From positions 52,807 through 116,806 of the forward strand of contig JBILPT010000001.1 of the NCBI GenBank assembly GCA_044373675.1: DNA of 64,000 nucleotides. The letters are read 5' to 3'. The stretch is from Crocinitomicaceae bacterium (lineage in GTDB: Bacteria > Bacteroidota > Bacteroidia > Flavobacteriales_D > Crocinitomicaceae). Shown here piece by piece: positions 46,613-57,076 of this stretch; position 1 is the stretch's first letter, and the number at the start of each line of letters is the position of its first letter. Made by a program: the position numbers and the translations under genes. The notes beneath the pieces were generated by a model. The model worked only from the letters and a program-made list of their open reading frames with translations. It did not search any database and was not told where the DNA came from.

Positions 46613-47815
46613 GTGAAATTCTTAGAGAATATATTACACAAAATGGAACCCAACTTCGTAAAAGGTGCGAAGTATGAAAAATGGAATCCTTTGTTTGAAA
46701 CAATTGCAACTTTTGCATTCACCCCAAAGTTAGTTACTACAAAAGGTGCTCATATTCGCGATGGCGTAGATTTAAAAAGAACCATGATGATGGTAATCAT
46801 CGCCTTAATTCCATGTTTACTTTTTGGAATTTACAACACAGGTCATTGGCAAATGGTTGCAGAATTAGGAAATAGAAATTTACCTTATTGGGAAAATGGC
46901 TTGAATAAGTTTTGGAATGGTTCCATTATTGTTCTTCCTTTAATTGTTGTTTCCTATGGTGTAGGGCTTGGAATTGAATTCCTTTTTGGAATGCTACGAG
47001 GTCACTCTTTGCACGAGGGATTTTTAGTTTCTGGAATGCTTATTCCTTTAACGATGCCCGCAGATGTTCCTCTCTGGATGGTTGGAGTTGCAACGGCATT
47101 TGCTGTAATTATAGGTAAAGAAATTTTTGGTGGTACGGGAATGAATATTATCAATGTAGCACTAACGGCTCGTGCCTTTTTATTTTTTGCGTATCCAACT
47201 TCTATGTCTGGTGATAAAGTTTGGATGGCCGGTACTGAAACGACTAAAGTTGATGGATTTACTGGTTCTACTGCGCTAGGAGATTTGGCAACTTTTATGT
47301 CAGATAAACCTGTTTTTCAAAATTTAAATGGCTTTACCTCTGAATATACCTTATCAGAATCTTTTATCGGAATGATTCCAGGTTCTGTTGGTGAAACGTC
47401 AACTTTAGCGTGTTTAATTGGTGCGGGGATTTTACTCATAACAGGAGTTGGATCCTTAAGAATTATGGCTTCCTTTTTTGTAGGTGGACTTGCAATGGGC
47501 TTATTATTGAATTTAATGGGTGGAAATCCTTATTTTGAACTACCCGCTGTTTACCACTTGGTAATTGGTAGTTTTGCCTTTGGTGCAATATTTATGGCAA
47601 CAGATCCTGTCAGCGCTGCTCAAACGGCAAAAGGAAAATTAGTTTACGGATTCCTTGGTGGTTTACTTGCAATCTTAATTCGTGTTTTAAATCCAGCATA
47701 TCCCGAAGGTGTTATGCTTGCAATTCTATTCATGAATATTTCTGCTCCAATAATTGATTATTATGTAATTCAAGGAAATATCAACCGTAGATTAAAACGA
47801 ATTAAAACTGCATAA
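46613..47815 (+). CDS. nqrB: Na+-NQR subunit B
   Basis: About 10 TM. FMN-attachment region VDGFTGSTALG (nt 47261-47272). GTG start with NqrB-like N-terminus (FLENILHKMEP...KYEKW). Confidence 0.93.
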   Translation: MKFLENILHKMEPNFVKGAKYEKWNPLFETIATFAFTPKLVTTKGAHIRDGVDLKRTMMMVIIALIPCLLFGIYNTGHWQMVAELGNRNLPYWENGLNKFWNGSIIVLPLIVVSYGVGLGIEFLFGMLRGHSLHEGFLVSGMLIPLTMPADVPLWMVGVATAFAVIIGKEIFGGTGMNIINVALTARAFLFFAYPTSMSGDKVWMAGTETTKVDGFTGSTALGDLATFMSDKPVFQNLNGFTSEYTLSESFIGMIPGSVGETSTLACLIGAGILLITGVGSLRIMASFFVGGLAMGLLLNLMGGNPYFELPAVYHLVIGSFAFGAIFMATDPVSAAQTAKGKLVYGFLGGLLAILIRVLNPAYPEGVMLAILFMNISAPIIDYYVIQGNINRRLKRIKTA

Positions 47816-47817
47816 AA

Positions 47818-48561
47818 ATGGCAATGGATAAAGAAAGTAACGCTTATACAATCATTTTCGCTACGATTATGGTTGTTGTTGTTGGAGGATTATTAGCGTT
47901 TTTGGCAATTAGTCTTAAAGAAAGACAAGAAGCAAATGGCGAAATTAAAAAAAAGATGGAGGTTCTTTCTGCCTTACTTTCTCCTGATGAAATGAAGAAA
48001 GTTTCAAGAGAAAACGCCGAGGCTGAATATGAAAAATACATTACTGGAGGTGTTGTTATCGATGTAAATGGAAAAGTTATAGCTGATGGAGAAAAAGGGA
48101 AAGATGCGGCTTTCCAAACAAATATTCAAGCTCAATATAAAGATAAAACTATAGCTGTAAACAAACGTACTTATCCTATGTTTACTGCAAAGAAAGATGG
48201 AAAAACACTTTATATTATTCCAATTGTTGGAATGGGACTGTGGGGACCTATTTGGGGAAATGTTTGCATAGCAGAAGATAAAAGTTCGATTGCAGGAGCT
48301 TCATTTGGTCACAAAGGAGAAACTCCTGGACTTGGGGCAGAAATTTCGCTTGGGTTTTTTATTGATCGCTGGGTAAAAGGTGATGAGAAAATCACTGATG
48401 AAAATGGTGACTATCAAAAATTTGATGTGGTAAAAGATGGAACTGGAGGTCAAACTACTAAAATTGATGGGATATCAGGTGGGACAATAACTTCAGAAGG
48501 TGTAGAAGAAATGATGAACCGCTGCTTAGTTCCATATACTGTTTATTTTAAAACTTTATAA
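47818..48561 (+). CDS. nqrC: Na+-NQR subunit C
   Basis: Single N-terminal TM. FMN_bind region with attachment motif IDGISGGTITSEG (SGGT at nt 48475-48486). Confidence 0.9.
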   Translation: MAMDKESNAYTIIFATIMVVVVGGLLAFLAISLKERQEANGEIKKKMEVLSALLSPDEMKKVSRENAEAEYEKYITGGVVIDVNGKVIADGEKGKDAAFQTNIQAQYKDKTIAVNKRTYPMFTAKKDGKTLYIIPIVGMGLWGPIWGNVCIAEDKSSIAGASFGHKGETPGLGAEISLGFFIDRWVKGDEKITDENGDYQKFDVVKDGTGGQTTKIDGISGGTITSEGVEEMMNRCLVPYTVYFKTL

Positions 48562-48570
48562 TTATTAAAA

Positions 48571-49260
48571 ATGAGTGAAAACCTTGCAAAAATAAAAGCG
48601 CCTTCAGAATCATTGTTTTCTAAAAAAAACAGGAAATTATTGATTGAACCTCTTACTAATAATAATCCTGTAACTGTTCAAGTTCTTGGAATTTGTTCTG
48701 CACTTGCTATTACGGTAAAAATGGATACTGCTTTAGTAATGGGACTGTCAGTTATATTCGTTACAGCGGCAGGAAATTATGTTATTTCTGCACTAAGAAA
48801 TATCATGCCGCCTCGTATTCGTATCATCGTTCAATTAGTTGTTGCTGCTGCATTAGTAATTATCGTTAATGAGATATTAAAAGCGTATTTACCAGATATT
48901 TCAGAACAACTTTCTGTATTTGTTGGTTTAATTATTACAAATTGTATTATCATGGGCCGTTTTGAAGCATACGCAATGGCAAATAAACCATGGCCATCTT
49001 TCCTAGACGGAATAGGAAATGGAGCTGGTTATGCAATTCTTCTTTTAATCGTTGCTTTTGTTAGAGAATTATTAGGATCAGGGAGCTTATTTGGAGTAAA
49101 AATTCTTGGATCTGCAGTTCCTGGTGAAGAAACTGGATTGTACACAATGGGTTACGTAAATAATAATTTAATAATTCTTCCTCCGATGGCTCTCATAATT
49201 GTGGGAATTATTATTTGGGTTCAACGTGCTAAAAATACTTCATTACAAGAAGAAAATTAA
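48571..49260 (+). CDS. nqrD: Na+-NQR subunit D
   Basis: NqrD/RnfE-type polytopic protein: NNPV.VQVLGICSALA, ITNCIIMGR. Confidence 0.93.
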   Translation: MSENLAKIKAPSESLFSKKNRKLLIEPLTNNNPVTVQVLGICSALAITVKMDTALVMGLSVIFVTAAGNYVISALRNIMPPRIRIIVQLVVAAALVIIVNEILKAYLPDISEQLSVFVGLIITNCIIMGRFEAYAMANKPWPSFLDGIGNGAGYAILLLIVAFVRELLGSGSLFGVKILGSAVPGEETGLYTMGYVNNNLIILPPMALIIVGIIIWVQRAKNTSLQEEN

Positions 49261-49282
49261 TTAACGAGTTAAAATTTAAAAA

Positions 49283-49990
49283 GTGGAAACTACCTTAGAT
49301 ATTTTTATAAAGTCTATTTTCTCGGAAAATATGATTTTTGCCTACTTTCTTGGAATGTGCTCTTATTTAGCCGTTTCTAAAACCGTTAAAACTGCCGTAG
49401 GATTAGGTGCAGCTGTTGTTTTTGTACTTGTCGTTACAGTACCATTGAACTGGCTTTTAGAAAATTATTTACTGAAAGCAGGTGCTTTAGAATGGTTAAA
49501 CCCCGCTTGGAAAGAAATTGATTTGAGTTTTATTTCTTTCATTATGTTTATTGCTGTGGTTGCTTCTGTTGTGCAATTAGTTGAAATGATTGTAGAAAAA
49601 TTCTCTCCAGCACTTTATGGTGCACTTGGAATTTTCTTGCCTCTTATCGCTGTTAATTGCTCTATATTAGGTGGCGCCTTGTTTATGCAAGAACGTCAAT
49701 ATTCAACTTTTTTAGATGTTACGGCTTTCTCATTGGGCTCTGGAATTGGTTGGGCAATTGCAATTATCTTAATAGCCGGTATTCGTGAAAAAATTCGTTA
49801 TTCCAAAATTCCTGCTCCACTGAAAGGTTTGGGAATTACATTTATAATAACTGGATTAATGGGTATGGCTTTCATGAGTTTTAGCGGTATAAAATATGTT
49901 GATGAAGTAAAGAAAGAAAAGCCAAAAAACTCAGAGTCTTCTTCCTCAAAAACAAATGAATTATCAACTTCTAAATCAAGTAAACAATGA
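49283..49990 (+). CDS. nqrE: Na+-NQR subunit E, with Ser/Lys-rich C-terminal tail
   Basis: Aligns from its GTG start with Vibrio NqrE as I recall it (FLGMCSYLAVSK, GIFLPLIAVNCSILGG, GIREK..YS..P..L.GLGITFI). Has ~32 extra C-terminal residues (KYVDEVKKEKPKNSESSSSKTNELSTSKSSKQ). Confidence 0.93.
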   Translation: METTLDIFIKSIFSENMIFAYFLGMCSYLAVSKTVKTAVGLGAAVVFVLVVTVPLNWLLENYLLKAGALEWLNPAWKEIDLSFISFIMFIAVVASVVQLVEMIVEKFSPALYGALGIFLPLIAVNCSILGGALFMQERQYSTFLDVTAFSLGSGIGWAIAIILIAGIREKIRYSKIPAPLKGLGITFIITGLMGMAFMSFSGIKYVDEVKKEKPKNSESSSSKTNELSTSKSSKQ

Positions 49991-51291
49991 GTTTAAGTTT
50001 ATTAATGACTGTAACGATTGTAATTTTTCTATTCGTTACATTATTACTTACGGCAATGTTGCTTTTTGCAAAAGCTAAACTTACTCCTAAAGGATTAATT
50101 TCAATCGATATTAATAATGGAGAAAGGATAGTTGAGGTAGGTGGAGGTTCAACTTTACTTACTACATTGAGCAATAATGGTGTTTTTTTACCTTCTGCTT
50201 GCGGTGGAGGTGGTACATGTGTTCAATGTAAATGCCAAGTTTTAGAAGGTGGTGGAGAAATTTTACCAACTGAAATACCACATTTTTCGAGAAAGCAAAT
50301 CGCAGATAATTGGCGTTTAGGTTGTCAAGTGAAGGTGAAAGAAAATATGAAAATTCATGTGGAAGAAGAAGTTCTTGGCATCAAAGAATGGGAGGCAACC
50401 GTTATTTCTAATCACAACGTTGCAACTTTTATTAAAGAATTTATTGTAGAAATTCCAGAAGACATGGACTATAAAGCTGGAGGCTATATTCAAATAAAGA
50501 TACCAGTATGTGAAGTAAAATATTCTGAAATGAACATCGATGCACATCCGCAAGATCATCCAGGAGAACTTGATAAATTTAAAAAGCATTGGGATAAATT
50601 TGGAATGTGGGATTTAGTAATGAAAAATGAGGAGGAAGTTATTCGTGCTTATTCTATGGCCTCTTATCCTGCTGAAGGAAGACGCGTTATGTTGAATGTA
50701 AGAATCGCAACTCCACCATGGGATAGAGCGAGAAATGCCTGGATGAATGTAAATCCTGGAATTGCATCTTCCTATATTTTTAGCTTGAAAGAAGGTGATA
50801 AAGCTATTATTTCTGGACCTTATGGCGAATTTTTCATCAATGAATCAGATGCGGAAATGATCTACATTGGTGGTGGTGCCGGTATGGCGCCAATGCGTTC
50901 TCACCTTTACGAATTATTCAAAACAATCAAAACAGGACGAAAAGTAACATTCTGGTACGGTGGTCGCTCGAAAGAGGAATTGTTTTATATCCATTATTTC
51001 AGAGATTTAGAGAAAGATTTTCCAAACTTTAAATTTTATCTTGTTCTTTCAGAACCTTTGCCTGAAGACAACTGGACTGAAAAGAAAGATATGAATGATA
51101 AAACTGGAGATGGATTTGTTGGATTTGTTCACCAAGCTGTAATCGATCAGTATCTTAACAGCCATGAATCTCCTGAAGACTTAGAATTCTATTTCTGTGG
51201 TCCTCCAATGATGAACAATGCAATACTAAAATTGTGTGATGAATGGGGAGTTCCTAATGAAAATGTGCGTTTCGACGACTTTGGAGGTTAA
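49987..51291 (+). CDS. nqrF: Na+-NQR subunit F
   Basis: N-terminal TM, 2Fe-2S ferredoxin motif CGGGGTCVQCKC...C, FAD/NADH-binding RAYSMASYP and GGGAGMAPMRSH. ATGA overlap with nqrE. Confidence 0.93.
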   Translation: MSLSLLMTVTIVIFLFVTLLLTAMLLFAKAKLTPKGLISIDINNGERIVEVGGGSTLLTTLSNNGVFLPSACGGGGTCVQCKCQVLEGGGEILPTEIPHFSRKQIADNWRLGCQVKVKENMKIHVEEEVLGIKEWEATVISNHNVATFIKEFIVEIPEDMDYKAGGYIQIKIPVCEVKYSEMNIDAHPQDHPGELDKFKKHWDKFGMWDLVMKNEEEVIRAYSMASYPAEGRRVMLNVRIATPPWDRARNAWMNVNPGIASSYIFSLKEGDKAIISGPYGEFFINESDAEMIYIGGGAGMAPMRSHLYELFKTIKTGRKVTFWYGGRSKEELFYIHYFRDLEKDFPNFKFYLVLSEPLPEDNWTEKKDMNDKTGDGFVGFVHQAVIDQYLNSHESPEDLEFYFCGPPMMNNAILKLCDEWGVPNENVRFDDFGG

Positions 51292-51306
51292 TTTATTGAC
51301 TCAATC

Positions 51307-51792
51307 TTAGTTTTCCTTCGTTAACAAAGCAGAAGCATACGCTTTTATTGCCCTGCTTTCCCCAAAAGAATCTACCTTTTCATGAGTTGTTGCTTTCAAT
51401 GAGACTGCATCTTCCTCAACACCAATTAGCTTTGCTATTATCCTTTGCATGATAGGAATATAAGGATTTAACTTTGGTTTTTCTAAAACGACTGTGCAGT
51501 CAATATTAACAACAGAATAACCCTTTTCTTGAATTTTTTGAAAGACATTTGAAAGTAATATCGTAGAATCAATTCCCTTGTATTGAGGATCTGTATCTGA
51601 AAAATGAAAGCCAATGTCGCGAAGATTTGCAGCTCCTAAAAGTGCATCGCATATTGCATGTAACAGAACATCAGCGTCTGAATGTCCTACGGATCCACTA
51701 TTTGATTCGATTTTAACACCGCCAACAATCAAAGGTTGATTTTCTGCAAGTTGATGCACATCAACACCAAAACCTATTCGGAATGTTTGCAT
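51307..51792 (-). CDS. ispF: 2-C-methyl-D-erythritol 2,4-cyclodiphosphate synthase
   Basis: RIGFGVDVHQL, GHSDADVLLHAICDALLGAA, FSDTDP.YKG.DS. Confidence 0.93.
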   Translation of the reverse strand: MQTFRIGFGVDVHQLAENQPLIVGGVKIESNSGSVGHSDADVLLHAICDALLGAANLRDIGFHFSDTDPQYKGIDSTILLSNVFQKIQEKGYSVVNIDCTVVLEKPKLNPYIPIMQRIIAKLIGVEEDAVSLKATTHEKVDSFGESRAIKAYASALLTKEN

Positions 51793-51793
51793 A

Positions 51794-53071
51794 TTATTCT
51801 GGTTCTTCTGTTTTTGCTGTTGTAACTCCTCCGATATTAAATCGCAGTGTGAAACGAAGTGTATTTGCTAACGGACTTTGACGACCATTTAGAGAGGCCA
51901 AATAAGAAAAGTCAATTGCAAAGGCATTGTACTTCAAAGATGCTCCTAGATTTAAGAATTGGCGATTCCCTTTGTTTTTACTTTCATAAAAAATTCCAGA
52001 ACGCAAAGCAAAAACTTCGTTGTACCACCATTCAACTCCTGCAGCAATATTGATTTCAGTTAATTCTTCTTTTAAACGTGACCATTTAGCAATTGCGTAA
52101 GTTCCATCTTCATTTTGGATATAGTTTCCATCTTCATCCTCTAAAACTGTACCCGGAGCATCAGAAAAAGATTGAAGCATTCCAGCAATAACACCTATAT
52201 CATTTGATTTACCAGATATCAAAGTATTTTGTCCATCAATTATGTCATACTTTGCTGGAGTAGGAACTAATAAGCGTTGAAGATCAACCGAAAATGTTAA
52301 CTTGTTATAACTGTTATTTTGCACAGTGAACGAATTTCCTATTTTCATATTCATTGGAATAAAATCTCTTCTAGATAATTCAGAATAAGCAACTTTATTT
52401 CCAATGTTATTAAATGTGATTGCAGAAGTATAAACACCTTTAATCTTACCTATTTTTGCTTCATCATTTAAATACGTAAAGGATAAATCTGTAGCGCCTA
52501 CAATGCCTGGTTTTGTGTTTACGCCTGCAACAGGTATTCCTCCTGTTAGATTAGAATAAGCAAATTTTCCATTTATTCCAATACTAAATCTTTTTGCCAA
52601 GCGAAAAGCATAAGCACCAGTTAATTCAAATTCACTTGGTTTATCATCACGTAATACATTTCCCTGGGCATCGGTGAATGTAATTTCTCCTAAACTAAAA
52701 TAACGCAACGATCCACCAACTGTATGGGTTTTGTTAATCTTGTAATATGCAGATAGATAAGATAAAGAAATGTCATTTGTTAATTGCCTTAGCCAGGGTG
52801 TGTAAGACATACTAATTTCAGACTTTTGTTTTGCGAAACTCAATATAGAAGTATTCCAATATATGGATGTAGAACTTGGACTTAATGCAGTTCCTGCATC
52901 TCCCATTCCACCAGCTCTTGAATCTGGCGTTATTGCCATAAAAGGTAAGGATGTTGTGATAGTATTTAATTGAAGGTCATTATCCGTAACTCCTGAACCT
53001 CCTCCATTTGGTTGAGCAAAAGTAAAAAATGATAGACTTGTAGTTAAAATAAAAAAGCTAATATATTTCAT
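51794..53071 (-). CDS. porV: Type IX secretion system outer-membrane shuttle protein PorV (LptO)
   Basis: LPFMAITPDSRAGGMGDAGTA motif, FadL-like beta-barrel character, and position immediately downstream of porU. Confidence 0.85.
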   Translation of the reverse strand: MKYISFFILTTSLSFFTFAQPNGGGSGVTDNDLQLNTITTSLPFMAITPDSRAGGMGDAGTALSPSSTSIYWNTSILSFAKQKSEISMSYTPWLRQLTNDISLSYLSAYYKINKTHTVGGSLRYFSLGEITFTDAQGNVLRDDKPSEFELTGAYAFRLAKRFSIGINGKFAYSNLTGGIPVAGVNTKPGIVGATDLSFTYLNDEAKIGKIKGVYTSAITFNNIGNKVAYSELSRRDFIPMNMKIGNSFTVQNNSYNKLTFSVDLQRLLVPTPAKYDIIDGQNTLISGKSNDIGVIAGMLQSFSDAPGTVLEDEDGNYIQNEDGTYAIAKWSRLKEELTEINIAAGVEWWYNEVFALRSGIFYESKNKGNRQFLNLGASLKYNAFAIDFSYLASLNGRQSPLANTLRFTLRFNIGGVTTAKTEEPE

Positions 53072-53130
53072 TGAACTTAAATGATAAATTTTATAGTTAC
53101 TATACGAAAAAGACTTGTTTTTATTGCATA

Positions 53131-56100
53131 CTAACGCAAAATAACCAACTTTTCTGTTTTTTCAGCACTTAGATTCTCTGAGTTACTGATTTTTAATCTG
53201 TAAATGTAAACACCTTTTGCCAAGCGATCACCAAAATCATCTAATCCATCCCATTCAATTCCAGATTCACGAAAACCTTTGCTAGTAATGTACTTATTTA
53301 TCGTTTTTACAAGTCTGCCTGAAACAGTGTAAACTTGAACTTGAACATCTAAACTATTGCACGAAAGATTATGCTCAAACATAAATTCTGTCTTAGTTGT
53401 AAATGGATTTGGATAATTATAAACACGCTCAATATTAGGCTTTTGCTTTTCTCGGACTGAAAAATTTAAGCGCGCAGTGGAAGAATTATTGTTGACATCC
53501 CAAGCTTTTACTTCAAGTGTATGTTCTCCAGCCAACAATCCCTTAAATTGATAGCGAACCTCTCCAGATTTATAATCGTTCAGATTTGTAGTATAATAGT
53601 CATTTAAAACAATTGGATCTGAAGTTTTTCCATCTAAAATTGCAACAATATCATGGCCAATGCCATTGCCAATAGTATTAATTCCATTTTCATCAAATGC
53701 TTTTAAAAACAAAACTGGATTCTCATCGGAAATACTGCCGCTTATAAATTTTTCATCATTTAAATACAACTCTAAATCTGGACCAATATCATCATTAATT
53801 CCATTTGGATCAATTCCCCCAATTCTAAAATTTGTATCTGCACCTATCGCATCAATTCCTTGACCAAAAGCATAATAACTTATTTTTCCTCGCCCAATAT
53901 TTAATGCGATGTCTTTTGGAACGACAAAGGAAAAATCAAAAAATCCATTAACCACAGAACATTTGCCTTTATAGATGATATTTCGCTGCAATTCATATTC
54001 TATTTCAGGAGAATCATTATCCTGACCCAAGGTTGTTTGCTTTTTAGGTTTGTCAAAAATAGAGGGATTAAGAACACCGTTAAAAGAAGACATTAAATTT
54101 CCAGAATTATCTATTAAATGTCCTTTAATTCGAACTTTGCTTAAGGCATTTAAAGTGTCTAATTCGATTAAAGGATTTTTACCATTAATGCTATCTGTAA
54201 CAACTTTAAATGTTGGTATAGCAATCTTTAATGCTGGATCTCCAATTAATGTAAAACTTCGCTTATTATTACTATTTCCAGATGCATTCTTAGTCCTTTT
54301 CACAATTTCTCCAAAAGTTAAAGGCGAGCCGTCAGGATTACGATCAAAAACATTATTAAAAAAAGCTAATCCTGTTGTCGTATTTACGCTAAAATAAACA
54401 GCTCTTGTAGTTGTCATTAATGCAATTGCGCCACCATTTGGATTTAATGCAGCCCATTCTCCAGCTGAAACTCTTGCTGGGTCATCGTATTTTGTAAACT
54501 CACAGGTAGCAGAGACAAATACATGTAACTTATTGATATTTGTCCAACTATTTATTTGTGGTATTGTTACAACGCGCTCTTCAGCTAATCCAACCTCACC
54601 GCCATGCCCAACATAATTAACAACTAAGGCTCCGCGTTGCACACGGTCTGTAATTGCATTTTGTAACTCAGGATACCTTTGTCCTCCAGCTGAAGTTTCT
54701 TGAGGATATGCGTCCAAGTATAATTTATCACAGTTCATCTCAAAATGATCAGTTTTTACATTATTGTACTGAGGCTCGGTATCATTATTAATAAAATATC
54801 CGCCTTCTTCATCGTCAGCAATTTGTACATATTTTGTTCTCCAATCTCCGTAAGTTTCAGTTGAAGATTCACCTAAGCAGCAGGAACCCTCGGCAGAAGA
54901 AAATAAATTAGATCCATTTTTCATATAATGTTCTATTTTATCCACTTGTTGCTTTGCCTGAGTTAAATTACTCGCTAAAATTCGTCCGACTCCAATGTCT
55001 AATAAATCTACAGCTGAAATAGCTTCATTATCATCTAACATTCCATAATAATCATCTGTAACCATCGCATCAATATAATTTTCACTGCTTTCAACCTGGT
55101 AGGTTAAAACATAATTATTGTTATTCGGAACTCGATTTTTTGGATCATACGTCCCATCGCCGAAAAGTAAGAGGTATTTTGGCTTTGTTGAGGGAGCCAA
55201 AGCTCCTCGATCATAAAACATTTTAGCAAACATTCTAATTGCAGTTGGATCTGGAGCACCAGAACTAAATTCATTAAAAATCTGCTCTGTTGTTGTAACA
55301 TGAACACTCAAACCTTCTTCACGATGTAAATCAGCTAAACGATTTGCTTGTGCTAAAAAATCTGGATGGGTGATAATTAAAAAGTCTGCTTGTGGTAATG
55401 CATGTAGATTTTGATTTGAAACTGAAGCAACTTTTTCAGGTGTAAAATAAGAGGATCCATTTGAAGCAACATATTCATTGTAAATATTATAAGTTTTAAA
55501 AGTGTAAGTTGAACCTGTTAATGTTCCTGAAATCTTTTTTGGTTTTTGACGATCAGAAATATCCCAAATAAAACCATTCGTTGGAAAGTTTGAGGTGGAA
55601 TAGGAAACTAAGGAAAGTGAATCCTGAGGGCTCAAATTTCTGAAACCAAATTGTGTTCCAAAAAAGACAAGTTTTCGTCTTGTATTTAAAACAATTCTAT
55701 CTAAATATGTCAGTGTATTTGGACTATTTCGAGTTATTTTAATCTTAAGTGGCAACGATGAAACAGGATTATTCAACTGAAAAGATTGATTAGAGCGAGC
55801 AAAACCAGATCCTGTACTTGGTAAAGAACTTTCAGTTAATGTGGATCCATTAATACTATAATTTTGAGCCGTTCCAACCGAATTTGTTGCATTTGATGCA
55901 ATGACAGTTTTAAACCTAATTGGGCTCGTATCGATATTTGGAATTGTAAACGTGAATGTTTTTTCCAATTCAACATCAAATAATTCGCCATACCAACGCT
56001 GTCCACCACCAACTAAGTTGACTAAATCATTTTCATAGACATCACGGTAATCATAGGAAGAAATTTCAGAATTGGTGACCCCCTGTATTTCAGGTAAAGT

Positions 56101-56955
56101 TTCTATTCTCAAGGGTGTTTCTGCAGAGTTTATATTAATAAAATAATACGAATTATCGGAATAAATATTTTGTTTGCGATCAAACTCAACCGTTCCATTT
56201 GCTCGCCATCTGTGCGGTCCATGACCATAAAAAAGTATGAAATCATTAGCATCAAAACTGCCATCAGCTTCACCCTGGATAAATAATGCGTTTTTAGCTA
56301 AATCATCAATTCTAGGACTTGAGTTTAATTCTGGTAAAACTCCTTCTCCATTGCCATAAATATGAATATGTGCGGGGTTTAATCCATTTGTTTGAATACC
56401 ACAGGATTCAAGGAAATTTTTATCAATTTTATAAATACCATCTTTATTGACTGCAATTTTATACCACAAGCCACTTCCATCCTCAAGAACAGAGGATGTG
56501 ACAAAGTCTTTTTGAAGACCAACTACCGAAGCTTCCGCTAACACAAATTCCATCTTTTTAACACGGTATAATTGATTATTTATTAGTTTATAGGGAAAAA
56601 CATTAACAGCAAAATAATAATCATTGGTTGCTTTTGTAACTTGGTAAGAAATTTCAAGATTTTCAGATACCTGAATGTTTAGCGCTGAAAGTTGTTTAAG
56701 ATCATTCTCTGGTGCTAATTCATAAACTATATCATTCAAAATAGGTTTAGCGTTATTTTTTAAATATTTTAAATAAAAATAATTCGGTTTTCCACCACTA
56801 GATTCTTGACCTTCAATTGACGGGATAAGGTATGTCTTTCCATCAAAAAGATGCTCCACTGGTTTTAGCCAATTCAATTCTAATAATATATCCTGTGAGA
56901 ATGAAAAATTCGCTAAACAGAAAAATAAATATGAAATAAAAAGTTTGATTTTCAT
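53131..56955 (-). CDS. porU: Type IX secretion system sortase PorU (peptidase C25 family)
   Basis: Gingipain-like core DFLIITHPDF..QANRLADLHR...QIFNEFSSGAPDPTAIRMF, VNYVGHGG, SATCEF. C-terminal T9SS-type beta-sandwich (GVYIYRLKIS...KLVILR). About 1270 aa. Confidence 0.85.
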   Translation of the reverse strand: MKIKLFISYLFFCLANFSFSQDILLELNWLKPVEHLFDGKTYLIPSIEGQESSGGKPNYFYLKYLKNNAKPILNDIVYELAPENDLKQLSALNIQVSENLEISYQVTKATNDYYFAVNVFPYKLINNQLYRVKKMEFVLAEASVVGLQKDFVTSSVLEDGSGLWYKIAVNKDGIYKIDKNFLESCGIQTNGLNPAHIHIYGNGEGVLPELNSSPRIDDLAKNALFIQGEADGSFDANDFILFYGHGPHRWRANGTVEFDRKQNIYSDNSYYFININSAETPLRIETLPEIQGVTNSEISSYDYRDVYENDLVNLVGGGQRWYGELFDVELEKTFTFTIPNIDTSPIRFKTVIASNATNSVGTAQNYSINGSTLTESSLPSTGSGFARSNQSFQLNNPVSSLPLKIKITRNSPNTLTYLDRIVLNTRRKLVFFGTQFGFRNLSPQDSLSLVSYSTSNFPTNGFIWDISDRQKPKKISGTLTGSTYTFKTYNIYNEYVASNGSSYFTPEKVASVSNQNLHALPQADFLIITHPDFLAQANRLADLHREEGLSVHVTTTEQIFNEFSSGAPDPTAIRMFAKMFYDRGALAPSTKPKYLLLFGDGTYDPKNRVPNNNNYVLTYQVESSENYIDAMVTDDYYGMLDDNEAISAVDLLDIGVGRILASNLTQAKQQVDKIEHYMKNGSNLFSSAEGSCCLGESSTETYGDWRTKYVQIADDEEGGYFINNDTEPQYNNVKTDHFEMNCDKLYLDAYPQETSAGGQRYPELQNAITDRVQRGALVVNYVGHGGEVGLAEERVVTIPQINSWTNINKLHVFVSATCEFTKYDDPARVSAGEWAALNPNGGAIALMTTTRAVYFSVNTTTGLAFFNNVFDRNPDGSPLTFGEIVKRTKNASGNSNNKRSFTLIGDPALKIAIPTFKVVTDSINGKNPLIELDTLNALSKVRIKGHLIDNSGNLMSSFNGVLNPSIFDKPKKQTTLGQDNDSPEIEYELQRNIIYKGKCSVVNGFFDFSFVVPKDIALNIGRGKISYYAFGQGIDAIGADTNFRIGGIDPNGINDDIGPDLELYLNDEKFISGSISDENPVLFLKAFDENGINTIGNGIGHDIVAILDGKTSDPIVLNDYYTTNLNDYKSGEVRYQFKGLLAGEHTLEVKAWDVNNNSSTARLNFSVREKQKPNIERVYNYPNPFTTKTEFMFEHNLSCNSLDVQVQVYTVSGRLVKTINKYITSKGFRESGIEWDGLDDFGDRLAKGVYIYRLKISNSENLSAEKTEKLVILR

Positions 56956-57076
56956 TTTAAAATAGTTGTTTTTTATAAAAAACGAGTTAAATTAGCATAT
57001 ATTTTAAAATTAAGCGATATTTGTAACCTTTAAAACATGAATTGCGTTTATAAATTTTATATTTAAATTTAAGTTT

